DNA from: an uncultured delta proteobacterium
Lineage (GTDB): Bacteria; Desulfobacterota; Desulfomonilia; UBA1062
Direction: 5' to 3'
Length of the DNA stretch: 64,000 nucleotides
Assembly (NCBI GenBank): GCA_963752595.1
Contig: CAVVYZ010000015.1
Coordinates: 32,001-96,000, forward strand
The translations under genes and the position numbers were made by a program. The notes under the pieces are model-generated. The model was not told where the DNA came from. It saw only the letters and a list, made by a program, of their open reading frames with translations, and did not search any database. Positions 62,417 to 64,000 of the stretch are shown in pieces; within the stretch, counting starts at the first letter, position 1; each line of letters opens with the position of its first letter.

Positions 62417-64000
62417 ATAACCTGAACATGTTCGACATCCCGCTTGAAGGCACGCATCTGATCGAAGCCAGCGCCGGCACGGGAAAGACCTACACCATTG
62501 CATCGCTGTATGTCCGGCTCCTTCTGGAAAAGGCGTACCATGTGCGGGAGATCCTGGTCGTAACCTATACGGTGCCGGCTACAGACGAGCTGAAAAGCAG
62601 GATCCGTGAAAAGATCCGGGCAGCGCTCCAGTGCTTCGAGTCAGGCACGAGCAGCGACCCCTTCCTGAACGATCTCCTCCAGAGAGTAGAAAGGCACGAC
62701 CATGCGGTCCAGAGTCTGGAATTCGCGCTGAGGCGCTTCGACGAGGCCGCGATATTCACTATCCACGGGTTCTGCCAGCGGGTGCTCTCGGAGATGGCGT
62801 TTGAGAGCAGGAGCCTGTTCGAAAGCGAACTCATCACCGACCAGGTCGAGCTCCTCAAAGAGGTCATCGGCGATTTCTACCGGAGGCACTTCTCTGAAGA
62901 TATGCCGCCCGAGCTTGTTTCTTACGCCTCCCGCAAGGGCTACACCTTCGGTTTCCTGCTGAGGCTCATCATGAAGGCAAGCCTCGATGCCTCAGTTATT
63001 CCCGACATGGAAAAGCCGGAGGCAAAGGCCCTGCTCGAAGCGTACAGGCTTTGCTTCGAACAGCTGAAATCATCCTGGCCCCATGCAAAAGAGGAAGTCA
63101 TCCTCATCCTCATGAACGATCCCGGGCTCAACCGCAGCAGATACAAGCAGCAAAGCATCCCGAGGATCACAGACGAGATGGATGCATATGTTGCGTCGGG
63201 AGGCTACGGCCTGCCGCTTTTCAAAGACTTCGAAAAATTGACCAGTTCCTTTCTGCTCAAATCCATAAAGAAAGGCTTCACGCCTCCCGGGCATGCCTTC
63301 TTCAGCCTCTGCGAACGCCTGAAGCAGCAGGCGGACGAACTGTCGGCCTGGATGGACATTGTGCTCGTGTGGCTCAAGGCCGAGCTGTTCCGCTGCGTGA
63401 GGAAAAATCTCCCCGAAAAGAAGGAGGGTTTAAGCCTCGTCCACTTCGATGACCTCCTGCTCAAGGTGTATCAGTCTCTGAGCTCCGAGAGCGGCGATCT
63501 GTTGCGGGAGATCATCGCAGAGAGATACCAGGCTGCCCTGATCGACGAATTCCAGGACACCGACCCGATCCAGTACGAGATCTTCAAGTCCTTCTTTTCC
63601 GGCGCCCCGCTCTTCCTCATCGGCGACCCGAAGCAGGCTATCTACAGCTTCCGCGGCGCCGATATCTTCACTTATCTCAATGCATCGGCTCAGGTGGAGA
63701 AGGGCTACAGGCACACCCTCGACAAGAACTGGCGGAGCGAGCCCGGGCTGCTGGATGCCGTAAACCGCATCTTCCGCAGGGAGCTCCCCTTTGTTTTCGA
63801 GGAGATCGCTTTCGAGCCCGTTTCCCCGGCCGATATCCCGGACAGAGAATTTTTAAGGGACGTTGAGGGAGCGCCGCTTACCCTCTGGTATGTACCGGGC
63901 AATGCATCGTCGGGCCTGAGCAAGCGCGATGCGGAGAAAAGGATCTCTCTGGCTGTTGCCTGGGAGGTGTCGCGCCTCCTGAAAGGAGGGGGTGCAGGTG
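62413..64000 (+). CDS. recB: Exodeoxyribonuclease V beta subunit, 3' truncated by window
   Basis: My translation: LIEASAGTGKTYTI, ILVVTYT..AT.EL..RIR, IFTIHGFCQR, ALIDEFQDTD, IGDPKQAIYSFRGAD, NWRS. Confidence 0.95.
   Translation, partial: MNNLNMFDIPLEGTHLIEASAGTGKTYTIASLYVRLLLEKAYHVREILVVTYTVPATDELKSRIREKIRAALQCFESGTSSDPFLNDLLQRVERHDHAVQSLEFALRRFDEAAIFTIHGFCQRVLSEMAFESRSLFESELITDQVELLKEVIGDFYRRHFSEDMPPELVSYASRKGYTFGFLLRLIMKASLDASVIPDMEKPEAKALLEAYRLCFEQLKSSWPHAKEEVILILMNDPGLNRSRYKQQSIPRITDEMDAYVASGGYGLPLFKDFEKLTSSFLLKSIKKGFTPPGHAFFSLCERLKQQADELSAWMDIVLVWLKAELFRCVRKNLPEKKEGLSLVHFDDLLLKVYQSLSSESGDLLREIIAERYQAALIDEFQDTDPIQYEIFKSFFSGAPLFLIGDPKQAIYSFRGADIFTYLNASAQVEKGYRHTLDKNWRSEPGLLDAVNRIFRRELPFVFEEIAFEPVSPADIPDREFLRDVEGAPLTLWYVPGNASSGLSKRDAEKRISLAVAWEVSRLLKGGGAG

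Noticed and set aside
1-64000. CRISPR arrays, tRNA/rRNA genes, transposases, prophage or defence genes
   Set aside because: No regularly spaced repeats, RNA gene signatures or corresponding protein motifs recognised

Overview
Bacterial chromosomal window. Gene content and style suggest a deltaproteobacterial (Desulfobacterota/Syntrophales-like) origin (inference). Scattered frameshifts in conserved genes look like long-read consensus errors. Bases 1-31.6 kb are a single minus-strand surface-polysaccharide region headed by EpsI, exosortase and wecB. It encodes four GT4-type glycosyltransferases, a Wzx flippase, an O-antigen ligase/polymerase-like protein, two polysaccharide deacetylases and a PHP protein. 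It also has an unusually large tailoring set: five ATP-grasp ligases, two paralogous GNATs and a degenerate-methyltransferase/kinase fusion. Embedded in it is a secreted Golvesin/PKD repeat protein that appears to carry a clan-CD (caspase/gingipain-like) His/Cys dyad split by about 490 residues of inserted domains. Immediately upstream is an internally deleted paralog lacking both motifs. A sigma54-driven beta-helix protein gene and a tandem PilZ gene end the region. Bases 32-64 kb are mostly housekeeping: purA (with a structured leader), serA, enoyl-CoA hydratases, Nudix enzymes, an M29 aminopeptidase, pstS, a porin, SRAP, phoB-phoR-pstCAB-arsC-phoU with 11-bp-periodic Pho-box-like repeats, a sigma54-driven PEP-CTERM gene, a NifS/IscS homolog lacking the catalytic Cys, and recC-recB. 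No CRISPR array, tRNA, rRNA or mobile element was recognised.
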